64,000 nt of DNA from Candidatus Zixiibacteriota bacterium (GCA_035687145.1 DASRYM010000091.1:9228-73227), one strand, 5' to 3'; counted from the first letter of the stretch, positions 8,225 through 18,828 are shown. Numbers and translations: made by a program. The notes: generated from the letters alone by a model not told the origin.

Positions 8225-9673
8225 CTATTGGGCACGGAGCAGCATCGACCCCTCGTCCTCGAAGACCACTGACCAGCCCGACCGCCGCAGCTCCCCGATC
8301 AAAGCCGAACGTTCCGGCCGGACGGCCACCCACTCCACCCCCTCGGCGGCGAGCCGCTCGGCGGGGTGGTCCTGCCCCTGGAGCAGTGAGAAGTAGCGGC
8401 TCCATGTTTCGGCGCTGCGGATCTCGAGGCGGCCATCCATGGCGGTCTCGATCTGATCGCCGAGCCGGTAGTCGAGGTACCCGCCCCACACCTGCTCGTT
8501 CAGGACGCGGGCCGGTTGCAGCGAGTCGCCCGCGAGCTCGTGCGCCAACCGCTCGGCGAGCGCGACGGGGGCATCGGGCGTGACGCGTCCAACGTTCTGT
8601 GGCAGTGCGGTCCGCACCGGCTGGACGGCCACCATCAGCAGCGCGGCCAGCGCCAGTTGGACGGCGGCGCGTGTGGGCCGGACGGACCCCACGCTGGCGG
8701 CCAGCCTGGGGCGGGCCTGGAGGAGGGCGTCGACGTCCCGCGCCAGCATCGGTCCGGCGGCCAGGACGAACCAGGGAATGTGCCGGATGCTCCCGATGGC
8801 CAGCACCGCCAGGAACGCCGCCAGCAGCAGCTGCCACGGCTCGGCCCCGCCGCGGCGCAGGATGCGACCGGCGACGACGAGGCCCAGGTAGGCCCAGAAG
8901 AGCGTGGCGACCGGGATCCACGGCCACGACGGCTGCCACTCGACCGAGATGGCGCGCACCACCTCCAGGCCGGGTTGGGCGTAGGCGTAGGCCAGCAGGT
9001 CCAGGCCGACCGGGTTGAGGATGGGGGCGACCGCGGCTGCGAGGGCGGTGGCTGCGGGCACGGCCGTGGCTCGCCAGCCGCCATGGCGGAGGGCCTCCCA
9101 GATGGAGCCGGCCAGCCAGGCGACGGCCGCCGCCTGACCGATGACGAACGCGCCGTGGAGGTTCGCCCAGACGGCCACCAAGGCGCCATAGGCGAGGGGC
9201 AGCCACGGGGCGCGGCCGGCCCGCTCCAGGAGCAGCAGCGCCAGCGGCAGGAGCGCGATCGAGAACGACTGGGCCCGGGCCAGGAGGTGCGGGGCCACGA
9301 CCGCGACGGCCAGGAACATGGCGGCGCCGGTCGCCGCAGCGGAGGCGGTGAGCCGCGTGCGGACCGCCGTCAGCAGCAGGCCCGCACCGATGAGCAGTCC
9401 GTTGATGGCCAGTGCTCCCCAGGTCGAGCCGGGGGCACCGAGGATGAGCTGCGCCCCCCACTGGGGATTGAGGGCGTCGGGAAGCATCGGCGTCCAGGTC
9501 AGGTCAATGGCTCGGTCGGGGCGCGCGCCTTCTTGGATGGCGCGGGCGGAGGCGAGCGAAAGCCAGAAATCGTCGATGGGCAGCGAGAAGGCGGCGACGG
9601 CCAGCCCCATGGCGCCGGCCGCCCAGGCCGTGGCGGTGGCGACGAGGGTGCGCTGCGCTCGGGTGCCCGTCAT
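8225..9673 (-). CDS. polytopic membrane protein, GT-C-like; paralog of 4954..6483
   Basis: 482 aa. Motifs PIDDFWLSLASA, VAVWANLHGAF and NEQVWGGYLDY...MDGRLEIR align with those of the 4954..6483 product. Confidence 0.6.
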   Translation of the reverse strand: MTGTRAQRTLVATATAWAAGAMGLAVAAFSLPIDDFWLSLASARAIQEGARPDRAIDLTWTPMLPDALNPQWGAQLILGAPGSTWGALAINGLLIGAGLLLTAVRTRLTASAAATGAAMFLAVAVVAPHLLARAQSFSIALLPLALLLLERAGRAPWLPLAYGALVAVWANLHGAFVIGQAAAVAWLAGSIWEALRHGGWRATAVPAATALAAAVAPILNPVGLDLLAYAYAQPGLEVVRAISVEWQPSWPWIPVATLFWAYLGLVVAGRILRRGGAEPWQLLLAAFLAVLAIGSIRHIPWFVLAAGPMLARDVDALLQARPRLAASVGSVRPTRAAVQLALAALLMVAVQPVRTALPQNVGRVTPDAPVALAERLAHELAGDSLQPARVLNEQVWGGYLDYRLGDQIETAMDGRLEIRSAETWSRYFSLLQGQDHPAERLAAEGVEWVAVRPERSALIGELRRSGWSVVFEDEGSMLLRAQ

Positions 9674-9679
9674 GCGCGG

Positions 9680-10870
9680 ATGATGCTAGGCGGTTCTTTC
9701 GCCGGTTCGCCCAAGCGTGCTGAACTCGCGACTAGTACTTCTGGCGCGGTTAGTACTGTTGACCACGTGCAACTCACCCGCAGAGGATGGGCAACGAGTC
9801 CGGTACTACCCCCGGGCTGGTACTCGCAGCAGTCGCAGCGACTCCAGCGGAAGAGAGAGACCTTGGGCAAGACCGCGGCCGGCAACCCGGCCATCACGTT
9901 TGATCGCATCCAGGCGCAGGCAACCGACACCGTCCAGCGCGACGCGCGCCGCGTGCGCGAGCTCGCGGAACGGTTCCGCAGCGCGTACCGGGAGCGGCTC
10001 GAGGAGTGGGTGCGGATGCGGGCCGGCCTGAACGGCCACAAGCCCACCTCCCGCACCGCGGCGGCTGCTGCCGAGCGGCTGCGGGCGCGCCACGAGCAGG
10101 AGGGTCGCGAGCTGGCCAGCCTGCAGGGACGCCTCAAGCGGTTGGACGTGGCTGCCCGCCAGCTCGAGCTGGTGGCCAGCTACCTGGCCAGCCCGGACCC
10201 GGCCGTGGACGAGCCGACCCTGGACACCGACCAGTCGCACGCCGCCCTCCCGCTGCGAATCATCCAGGCCCAGGAGGGCGAGCGACAGCGCCTGGCCGAG
10301 GGGGTCCACGACGGGCCGGCCCAGGTCCTGACCAACGCCATCTTCCAGGTCGAGTACCTGGACCGCGTCATCGACGATTCGCCGCGCACCGCGCACGCCG
10401 AGCTGCAGTTCCTGCGGACCATGCTGCGCGACGGGCTCGAGGAGGTGCGGAGCTTCATCGCCGAGCTGCGCCCTCCGGTGGTGGACGTGGGCCTGGCCCA
10501 GGCCATTCGGGATGCCGGGGCGTCGTTCGCCAGCCGGCACGGGATCGCGGTCGAGGTGGCCGTGAACGGGATCGACGAGCGCCTGACGCCGGACGAGAAG
10601 GCATCGGTCCTTCGGATCGTGCAGGAGGCGCTTCAGAACGTGCGCAAGCACGCAGCTGCCAGCCAGGTTCGCATCACCTTCGAGGATGGGTGTTTGGTCA
10701 TCGGCGACAACGGACGCGGCTTCGACGTGATGCGGCTGGCCAGCGGGGCCAGCCGGAACTTCGGGCTGCAATTCATGCGGGAGCGGGCGGAGCTCATGGG
10801 CTCCACGCTCCAGATCGAGTCGCGCCAGGGAGAAGGGACGCGAGTGCTGCTGCGTCTCCCGCGGCGCTGA
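9680..10870 (+). CDS. cytoplasmic DegS-like sensor histidine kinase (HisKA_3 + HATPase_c)
   Basis: H-box is QEGERQRLAEGVHDGPAQVL. The N-box/G-box region is LRIVQEALQNVRKHA...DNGRGF...GLQFMRERAELMG. It has a coiled-coil N-terminus and no TM span. The start is uncertain. An alternative is TTG 9863, preceded by GGAAGAGAGAGA. The rest of track ORF 8516..10870 is antisense to 8225..9673. Confidence 0.85.
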   Translation: MMLGGSFAGSPKRAELATSTSGAVSTVDHVQLTRRGWATSPVLPPGWYSQQSQRLQRKRETLGKTAAGNPAITFDRIQAQATDTVQRDARRVRELAERFRSAYRERLEEWVRMRAGLNGHKPTSRTAAAAAERLRARHEQEGRELASLQGRLKRLDVAARQLELVASYLASPDPAVDEPTLDTDQSHAALPLRIIQAQEGERQRLAEGVHDGPAQVLTNAIFQVEYLDRVIDDSPRTAHAELQFLRTMLRDGLEEVRSFIAELRPPVVDVGLAQAIRDAGASFASRHGIAVEVAVNGIDERLTPDEKASVLRIVQEALQNVRKHAAASQVRITFEDGCLVIGDNGRGFDVMRLASGASRNFGLQFMRERAELMGSTLQIESRQGEGTRVLLRLPRR

Positions 10871-10889
10871 CCGCAACCGAGCGAGGAGA

Positions 10890-11684
10890 GTGAGGACCGT
10901 GGCAACCCAGACCGTGGATCAGGCCAAGGAACAGGAGGAGAAAGTGCAGGAGGGGCAGGAGTTCCAGGAGCGCCGCCGAGGCGGTGACCGGCGCAACGCC
11001 GGGCAGAAGACACGCATCGTGATCGTGGACGGGCACACCCTGTTCCGGCGCGGCGTGCGGAACATCCTCGAGCTCGAGAACGACATGGAGGTGGTCGGCG
11101 AGGCCGGCAGCGGTCGCGAGGCCCTGGCCGTCGTGGAGGAGCTCACCCCGGACGTGGTCCTCATGGACCTGTCGCTGCCCGCTCCGAACGGGATCGAGAC
11201 CACGCAGCGCATCAAGCGCGAGCTGCCGCACACCGGCGTGATCGTGCTGGCTCCCAACGACGACGAGGACCAGCTGTTCGACGCCATCAAAGCCGGCGCC
11301 GCCGCCTACGTGCTGAAGGACATCGATCCGACCGACCTGATCGCCATCATCCGGCGCGTGCGGTCCGGCGAGTACCTGATCAACGACAAGGTCTTCTCGA
11401 AGCCGGCCGTCGCCTCACGCGTGCTCAAGGAGTTCCGCGAGCTGGCGGTCTACGGCGCCGAGGCCCAGCCGATCTTCGCCCCGCTCTCACCGCGCGAGGT
11501 GGAGATCCTGGACAACATCGCGCAGGGCATGACCAACAAGCAGGTGGCCTACGCGCTGTCGATCAGCGAGCAGACCGTCAAGAACCACATGTCGTCCATC
11601 CTGCGCAAGCTGTCGGTCAACGACCGCACCCAGGCGGTGGTCTATGCCATGCGCCAGGGCTGGATCAAGATCCCCGAGGACTGA
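10890..11684 (+). CDS. NarL/LuxR (DegU-like) response regulator
   Basis: The REC domain includes RIVIVDGHTLFRRG and VVLMDLSLP. The C-terminal LuxR HTH reads LSPREVEILDNIAQGMTNKQVAYALSISEQTVKNHMSSILRKL. A charged N-terminal extension of about 40 aa precedes the REC domain. Confidence 0.9.
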   Translation: MRTVATQTVDQAKEQEEKVQEGQEFQERRRGGDRRNAGQKTRIVIVDGHTLFRRGVRNILELENDMEVVGEAGSGREALAVVEELTPDVVLMDLSLPAPNGIETTQRIKRELPHTGVIVLAPNDDEDQLFDAIKAGAAAYVLKDIDPTDLIAIIRRVRSGEYLINDKVFSKPAVASRVLKEFRELAVYGAEAQPIFAPLSPREVEILDNIAQGMTNKQVAYALSISEQTVKNHMSSILRKLSVNDRTQAVVYAMRQGWIKIPED

Positions 11685-11859
11685 GCAGGGGAACCGGAGG
11701 TCATGGCACGGCCCGGTACGGTCGTGCCATGGCCGGGTGCCGGGAAGGCACCTAGGCTGCCAGGCACGTCGGAGCGGGTATCCGCGACGACCTTCATCTG
11801 AACGAGGCGTTCCCCGGTTTCGCGAGCGGGGAACTGCCTCGGGTCTCCTCCTCCGGTGC

Positions 11860-11898
11860 GGGAGCCGTGTCGCAGCAGGCACGGCTCCCTCATTTTTT
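11860..11898 (+). terminator. intrinsic terminator with U-tract
   Basis: Stem gggagccgtg (11860-11869) pairs with cacggctccc (11880-11889) around a 10-nt loop. It is followed by tcatttttt. This is an unusually canonical terminator for a GC-rich genome. Confidence 0.75.
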
Positions 11899-11982
11899 GC
11901 GCGCCGGTGTTCCGGGCCATCACGCTGAGCGATCGTGTCCCCTGTGGTGTGCTCCGCGGCCGAGCGCTTGTTCACAGGGCTA

Positions 11983-12011
11983 TTGACAAGAAGGATTGGA
12001 CCCCGTAGAAG
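11983..12011 (+). promoter_or_regulatory. candidate sigma-70-type promoter of flp
   Basis: TTGACA (11983-11988), a 17-nt spacer, then TAGAAG (12006-12011). This would give a ~105-nt leader ending in the RBS AAGGAGG before the flp ATG. Confidence 0.4.
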
Positions 12012-12118
12012 GTACGGAGCCCGAAGGCAGCGGTTGGGACCATCGGGTCATTTCGCAAGACTTCCGAGGCGCCTACGCTGCCGGCGCAAATCCTTGAGGA
12101 AAGGAGGTAACCGCGAGG

Positions 12119-12304
12119 ATGCTCCAGTTCATCAGCACTCTTCTTGCTCGCTTCCGCCGCGAGGATGAGGAAGGCCAGACGCTCGTCGAGTACGGTCTGC
12201 TGCTGGCCCTCATCGCGATCATCGTGATCGTCGCCCTCATCTTCCTGGGCCCGATCGTGAGCCAGATCTTCCAGAACGTCGGTGAGAACCTGCAGACCAC
12301 CTAG
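12119..12304 (+). CDS. flp: Flp family type IVb prepilin
   Basis: 61 aa. It has the Flp motif EEG|QTLVEYGLLLALIAIIVIVAL (G/XXXXEY) and a strong SD (AAGGAGG). Confidence 0.92.
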   Translation: MLQFISTLLARFRREDEEGQTLVEYGLLLALIAIIVIVALIFLGPIVSQIFQNVGENLQTT

Positions 12305-12326
12305 GCTGCAGGTCAACTGCGCACTC

Positions 12327-12352
12327 GAGCCCCCGCCATGTGGCGGGGGCTC
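12327..12352 (+). terminator. stem-loop downstream of flp (attenuating terminator)
   Basis: Perfect 11-bp stem gagcccccgcc / ggcgggggctc with a 4-nt loop, 23 nt after the flp stop. There is no clear U-tract. Confidence 0.55.
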
Positions 12353-12532
12353 CCTCATTCCTACCCGCCTTGCTGGCGGTGTGCCACCCGCGTGCGAGTA
12401 CCAGTTCTCCCTAGTTCACAAGTCCCGTCGCCCGCACACCAGACTCTTCCGTAGACTGTTGCGCGCAGTCACAATGTCTGTAGTTTCGCGTACCCGTCGG
12501 TTTCATCCCTCCGAGCTTAAGGGGAACGTTTC

Positions 12533-13435
12533 GTGAAGCGATCCAATCGCCTGGTCATCCTGGTCGGGGTGCTGCTCGCCGTCCTGGCCTTCGTTGGAAT
12601 CGTGGTCCTGCTGAACCAGACCGGCGGCCCCTCGCAGGAAGAGGAGCCGACAACCGTCACCGTGCTGGTGGCCACCGAAGACATCGCCATCGGCGACCCG
12701 GTGACGCCGGAGGTCGTCGAGGAGCAGGAGGTCGACCCGGACGAAGTGGTCGGCACCCGCATCGGCAGCACCACGCAGGTGTCTGGGCAGCGCGCGCTCT
12801 ACGACATCCCCGCCGGCTCGCAGATTCCGGCCGAGGCCATTGGCCTGGGCCAGACCGGCACGGTGTGCATCGAGTGCCAGCTGAATCCCGGCGAGAAGGC
12901 GATCGCCTTCCAGGTCGACCGCGTCACGGGCCTGGACTTCCTGATCCAGCCCGGGGACCACATCGACATCGTCGTTTCCCAGCAGCTGCAGGTCGTGCAG
13001 CCCACCCAGGAGTCCCTGGAGGATCCGACCGGTCCGCAGCGGTTCGAGACGATCCCCGGCCTGGAGAACGCCCGGACGGTCAAGACCATCCTGCAGGACA
13101 AGCGGGTCCTGTACGTGAGCGCCACCCGCATCCGGCAGACCGCCGTTCAGCAGACCCCGTCGCCGGGTCAGCAGGGCCAGCAGCCGCAGCAGGCTCAGCA
13201 GATCGAGAACGTGATCATCGTCTTCGCCGGCACCGACCAGGACGCCGAGGTGATCAAGTTCGCCCAGAACGACGTCAGCACCACCGGGCCGCTGACCGCC
13301 GTCCTGCGCTCGACCGATGACACCGACGTCGAGGTCACGACCGGTATCACCATCGACCTGCTGGTCGAGACCTATGGCCTGCCGATCCCGGACATCATCG
13401 CCAACCTGGGCGAGGAAGCCGCTCCGCAGCAGTAG
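12533..13435 (+). CDS. cpaB: Flp pilus assembly protein CpaB/RcpC
   Basis: It has an N-terminal TM span (LVILVGVLLAVLAFVGIVVL), a SAF-like segment (VLVATEDIAIGDPVTPEVV) and GEKAIAFQVD...IQPGDHIDIV. Confidence 0.8.
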   Translation: MKRSNRLVILVGVLLAVLAFVGIVVLLNQTGGPSQEEEPTTVTVLVATEDIAIGDPVTPEVVEEQEVDPDEVVGTRIGSTTQVSGQRALYDIPAGSQIPAEAIGLGQTGTVCIECQLNPGEKAIAFQVDRVTGLDFLIQPGDHIDIVVSQQLQVVQPTQESLEDPTGPQRFETIPGLENARTVKTILQDKRVLYVSATRIRQTAVQQTPSPGQQGQQPQQAQQIENVIIVFAGTDQDAEVIKFAQNDVSTTGPLTAVLRSTDDTDVEVTTGITIDLLVETYGLPIPDIIANLGEEAAPQQ

Positions 13436-13464
13436 GCCGCCCGCGAGACCCTGAAGGAGCCATC

Positions 13465-14685
13465 GTGATCAAGGTCCTCATCGTCGACGACATCCCGGAG
13501 ACCCGCGACCACCTGGTCCGGCTGCTGGCCGATGAGCAGGAGATCGACGTGGCCGGGACCGCCGGCTCCGGCGAGGAGGCCATCCAGAAGGCGATGGACC
13601 TGCGGCCGGACGTGATCGTCATGGACATCAACATGCCGGGCATGGACGGCGTGGCTGCCGCGGAGATCATCTCCCAGCGGCTGCCCACCTCGCCCATCGT
13701 GATGATGAGCGTCCATGGCGAGGCCGAGCAGCTGAAGCGGTCGCTGACGGCCGGCGCCCGGGAGTTCCTGGTGAAGCCGTTCTCGGCCGACGAGCTGTCG
13801 ACCATCATCCGGCGCGTCTACGAGCGTGAGCTGGTGCGGCGCGAGCAGCTGACCGCCGTGGTCGCCGGCACCCGCCAGGTGGTTCCCGACAGCGACGACA
13901 CCGGGCAGCACGAGGTCATCGCCGTCTTCTCGCCGAAGGGAGGCGCCGGCCGGACGACCATCGCCACCAACCTGGCCATCGCCATCCAGCGCGAGACCGG
14001 GAGCCGGGTCTGCCTGGTGGACGCCAACCTGCAGTTCGGTGACGTCGGCGTCCTCCTCAACCTGAACCCGAAGAACCGGTCCATGCTGGACGCGGTGGAA
14101 GGTGGCGAGCCGGACGCCGATATCATCCACTCGGTGGTCATCGACCACTCCACCGGGATCCGGGTCCTGCTGGCTCCGCCGTCCCCGGAGGGGGCGGACC
14201 TGGTGACGCCGCAGTACCTGCGGAAGATGCTCGATGTCCTGAGGGAAGGTCACAACTACATCGTCGTGGACCTGCCGTCCGTCCTGAACGACCACACCCT
14301 GGCCGTGATGGACGCAGCGGACCAGATCGTGGTGCTCACCGCCCTGGAGATCACCACCATCAAGAACGTCCGCCTCTTCCTGGAGGTGGCGGACCAGCTC
14401 GAGTACGATCGGTCGAAGATCCGGCTGGTCATCAACCGATCGGATGCGGCCCAGGGCATCCGCATCAACGACCTGGAGGCATCGATCCGTCGGCCGATCG
14501 ACGGCACGGTCGTTTCCGACGGTCGCCTGGCCGTCCTGGCCGTCAACCGGGGGGTCCCGTTCGTGGTCTCTCACCCCGATGGAACGATCTCCCGGGACAT
14601 CGTCAAGCTCGCTCGGACGCTTGCGGGCGACGCCGTCGCTGCCAATGGCAAGCCCAACAGGCGAGGTCTCTTCGCACGTCGCTGA
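13465..14685 (+). CDS. tadZ: TadZ/CpaE-like ParA/MinD ATPase with N-terminal receiver domain
   Basis: The REC domain reads KVLIVDDIPE...VIVMDINMPGMDG...FLVKP. It is followed by the deviant Walker A VFSPKGGAGRTTIATNLA. Confidence 0.85.
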   Translation: MIKVLIVDDIPETRDHLVRLLADEQEIDVAGTAGSGEEAIQKAMDLRPDVIVMDINMPGMDGVAAAEIISQRLPTSPIVMMSVHGEAEQLKRSLTAGAREFLVKPFSADELSTIIRRVYERELVRREQLTAVVAGTRQVVPDSDDTGQHEVIAVFSPKGGAGRTTIATNLAIAIQRETGSRVCLVDANLQFGDVGVLLNLNPKNRSMLDAVEGGEPDADIIHSVVIDHSTGIRVLLAPPSPEGADLVTPQYLRKMLDVLREGHNYIVVDLPSVLNDHTLAVMDAADQIVVLTALEITTIKNVRLFLEVADQLEYDRSKIRLVINRSDAAQGIRINDLEASIRRPIDGTVVSDGRLAVLAVNRGVPFVVSHPDGTISRDIVKLARTLAGDAVAANGKPNRRGLFARR

Positions 14686-14702
14686 AAAGGATCTGAGTCG
14701 CC

Positions 14703-16139
<1,437 letters not shown>

Positions 16140-16156
16140 AGGAGGGGAGGAGAGGG

Positions 16157-17155
16157 ATGGCTGGCATGCTGCCGTTCGTGATCGCCGGGCTCGCCGCCGG
16201 CGCGATCTTCCTGATCGCCGTGGGCGTGGCCATGAGCGGCGGGTCCGGCGGCGTGGCGGCACGCCTCGAGAAGTACACGCGCGTCGGCGGCGCGTCGGGG
16301 CCCACCGAATCCGATGCCGAGCGGGAGTCGGCGGTCACCGCCGGCCTGAACCGCATGATCGAGCGGCAGGGTCTGGCGGCCCGCCTCTCGACCGAGATCG
16401 CACGGGCGGACCTGAAGCTGCGACCGGCCGAGCTGGTCGCCGCCTGGATCGCCTCGCCGTTCGTCTTCGTGGGGATCGGTCTGCTCCTCGGCTTCGTGTT
16501 CGAGGGCTTCCGCAACCCGATCGCCCTGTTCGGCATGTTCCTGCTCGGCGCCTTCGCGCCGCGGTTCTACCTCAAGTATCGCCAGGGCAAGCGGCTGAAG
16601 GCCTTCGGCGAGCAGCTGCCGGACACCATCACCCTGCTGGCCAACTCGCTGCGGGCCGGCTCCTCCTTCCTGCAGGGCGTGGAGCTGGTGACACGCGAGG
16701 CGCGCCCGCCGATCTCCGAGGAGTTCGAGCGCGTGGTGCGCGAGATGAACCTGGGCGTGGCGCTGCAGCCGGCCCTCAACAACCTGGTGCGCCGCGTGGC
16801 CTCCGAGGACCTGGAGCTGATGGTCACTGCCATCAACATCCAGAGCCAGGTGGGTGGCAACCTCGCCACGGTGCTGGATTCCATCGCCTTCACGATCCGC
16901 GAGCGGATCCGCATCCAGGGCGAGATTCGAACCCTGACCGCCATGCAGCGCTACAGCGGGTACGTCATCACCCTGCTGCCTGTGGGCCTGGGCCTGATCC
17001 TGTTCCTGATCAGCCCGTCGTACATCGGGCGCATGCTGGAACCGGAGCCCTCGCTCTTCGGGCTGCCGGCCGGCATCGTGTTCTTCATCATCGGTGCCAT
17101 CAGCATGGGCATCGGCTACGTGCTGATCCGCCGCATCGTCGACATCAAGGTGTAG
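16157..17155 (+). CDS. tadB: TadB (T2SSF-domain inner-membrane platform protein)
   Basis: 332 aa. The T2SSF-like core is QLPDTITLLANSLRAGSSFLQGVE, with flanking TM spans. Confidence 0.85.
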   Translation: MAGMLPFVIAGLAAGAIFLIAVGVAMSGGSGGVAARLEKYTRVGGASGPTESDAERESAVTAGLNRMIERQGLAARLSTEIARADLKLRPAELVAAWIASPFVFVGIGLLLGFVFEGFRNPIALFGMFLLGAFAPRFYLKYRQGKRLKAFGEQLPDTITLLANSLRAGSSFLQGVELVTREARPPISEEFERVVREMNLGVALQPALNNLVRRVASEDLELMVTAINIQSQVGGNLATVLDSIAFTIRERIRIQGEIRTLTAMQRYSGYVITLLPVGLGLILFLISPSYIGRMLEPEPSLFGLPAGIVFFIIGAISMGIGYVLIRRIVDIKV

Positions 17156-17159
17156 CGCC

Positions 17160-18083
17160 ATGCCACAGATCCCCACCGAGCTCCTGGTCGCCGGCCTGGC
17201 GGCGCTCGCCGTCCTGCTGATCACCTACGGCCTGGCAGCGGCACCGCCCAAGGACGCCGTCCAGGCGCGCCTGGAGCAGCTGGTCGTCCAACCCAAGTCG
17301 CTCGAGGAGTTCGAGCTCCAGCAGCCGTTCTTCGACCGCGTCATCCGACCGATCATCAAGCGCCTGTCGAAGGTTGCGCGTCGCGGTGATCAGGGCGGAC
17401 TCATCGCCCGGACGGACGCCAAGCTGGAGAAGGCCGGCTACCCGGGCGGCCTGCGCGGCGCCGACTGGATGGGTGTCAAGGTTCTCGGCCTGATCGCGCT
17501 GGCCATTGCCGGCTTCCTCCTGGGCCTGTTGCTGGGCGGCGTGCCGCTGGGCCTGGTGTTCGCGCTGGTCGGCGCCATGTTCGGCTACATCGGTCCGGAG
17601 TTCTGGCTGGGCCGCAGGATCCGGGCGCGGTCGATGGCCATGGTGCTGCAGCTGCCTGACGCGCTCGACCTGCTGACGATCTCCGTGGAAGCCGGTCTGG
17701 GCTTCGACGCGGCGCTGGCCAAGGTCGTCGAGAAGATGGAGGGCCCGCTGATCCAGGAGTTCCGCCAGGCGCTGGCCGAGATCCGGATGGGCCGATCCCG
17801 CCGTGACGCCCTTCGCGACGTGGTCGCCCGGGCTGACGCGCAGCCGGTGGCCAACTTCATCGGCGCCATCGTCCAGGCCGAGCAGCTCGGCGTGCCGATC
17901 GCCAAGGTGCTGCAGATCCAGTCCCAGCAGCTGCGCATCGAGCGCCGGCAGCGGGCGGAGGAGGCCGCGGCCAAGGCCCCGGTCAAGATGCTGTTCCCCA
18001 TGGTGGGCTGCATCTTCCCCACGATCTTCATCGTGATCCTGGGGCCGGCGGTCGTCACCGTCATGGGCGGCATCGGGATCTGA
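17160..18083 (+). CDS. tadC: TadC (T2SSF-domain platform protein)
   Basis: 307 aa. The core reads LQLPDALDLLTISVEAGLGFDAALAKV...RRDALRD, followed by C-terminal TM spans. Confidence 0.85.
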   Translation: MPQIPTELLVAGLAALAVLLITYGLAAAPPKDAVQARLEQLVVQPKSLEEFELQQPFFDRVIRPIIKRLSKVARRGDQGGLIARTDAKLEKAGYPGGLRGADWMGVKVLGLIALAIAGFLLGLLLGGVPLGLVFALVGAMFGYIGPEFWLGRRIRARSMAMVLQLPDALDLLTISVEAGLGFDAALAKVVEKMEGPLIQEFRQALAEIRMGRSRRDALRDVVARADAQPVANFIGAIVQAEQLGVPIAKVLQIQSQQLRIERRQRAEEAAAKAPVKMLFPMVGCIFPTIFIVILGPAVVTVMGGIGI

Positions 18084-18099
18084 GGCGCCGGGCAGCCAG

Positions 18100-18828
18100 A
18101 TGCAGCCGGCGCTGCGGCCGGCGGTCCTGCTGGTCGACGACGACCTGACGCTCCTCTCCGTCCTCTCTCGGCGCCTGAGCCGCGAGGGGCTGGACGTCCG
18201 AACCGCGTCCTCTGGCTCCGCGGCGCTGGCCGAGCTGGAGCGCGCCTGGCCGGCGCTGCTGGTGGTGGACCTCATGATGCCCGGCATGGACGGCTTCGAG
18301 CTGTGCCGGCGCGTGAAGCGCATCGCCGACCTGCCGATCATCGTCCTGTCCGCGGTGGACGTCTCCGAGTCGAAGGTGCGGGCCCTGGAGGAGTACGCCG
18401 AGGACTACGTCACCAAGCCCTTCAACCCCGACGAGCTGGTGGCGCGCGTCAACCGCGTCCTTCGTCGGACCACGGCGGGGGTGTCGCAGGTCACCCTGGC
18501 CGGCGGCGAGCTGGAGATCGATCTCACCGGGCGGCGGGTGGTGACGCGGGCCGGCACCCACGCCCTGACGCCCATTGAGGTGCGCCTGCTGCAGGTGCTG
18601 ATCGCCTCGCTCGACCGCACGGTGGCCACCGAGACCCTGCTGGACCGCGTCTGGTCGGAGGCCGATGGCGCCGATCCATCCTACGTATGGGTCACCGTCC
18701 GCCGCCTCCGCCGCAAGCTGGAGGTCGATCCGGACCACCCGCGCTTCCTGCTCACGGAGCGCGGGATCGGCTACCGGCTGAGCTCCGGCGCGGCAACGGC
18801 CGACGCCTCACTGCTGACCACCGGCTAG
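18100..18828 (+). CDS. OmpR/PhoB-family response regulator
   Basis: The REC domain includes VLLVDDD and LLVVDLMMPGMDG. The winged-helix output domain reads LTPIEVRLLQVL...YVWVTVRRLRRKLE...ERGIGYRL. Confidence 0.92.
   Translation: MQPALRPAVLLVDDDLTLLSVLSRRLSREGLDVRTASSGSAALAELERAWPALLVVDLMMPGMDGFELCRRVKRIADLPIIVLSAVDVSESKVRALEEYAEDYVTKPFNPDELVARVNRVLRRTTAGVSQVTLAGGELEIDLTGRRVVTRAGTHALTPIEVRLLQVLIASLDRTVATETLLDRVWSEADGADPSYVWVTVRRLRRKLEVDPDHPRFLLTERGIGYRLSSGAATADASLLTTG

Noticed and set aside
8516-9679. N-terminal ~390 codons of the 784-aa ORF 8516..10870
   Set aside because: This part is antisense to the 8225..9673 membrane-protein gene and low-complexity. The histidine-kinase homology begins only after about 9680-9860.
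11990-12118. c-di-GMP riboswitch (GEMM-I/II) in the flp leader
   Set aside because: No GCACAGGGCAAACC / GACGCAAAGCC-type (class I) core or ACGCACUGAGCC-type (class II) core could be found by eye.
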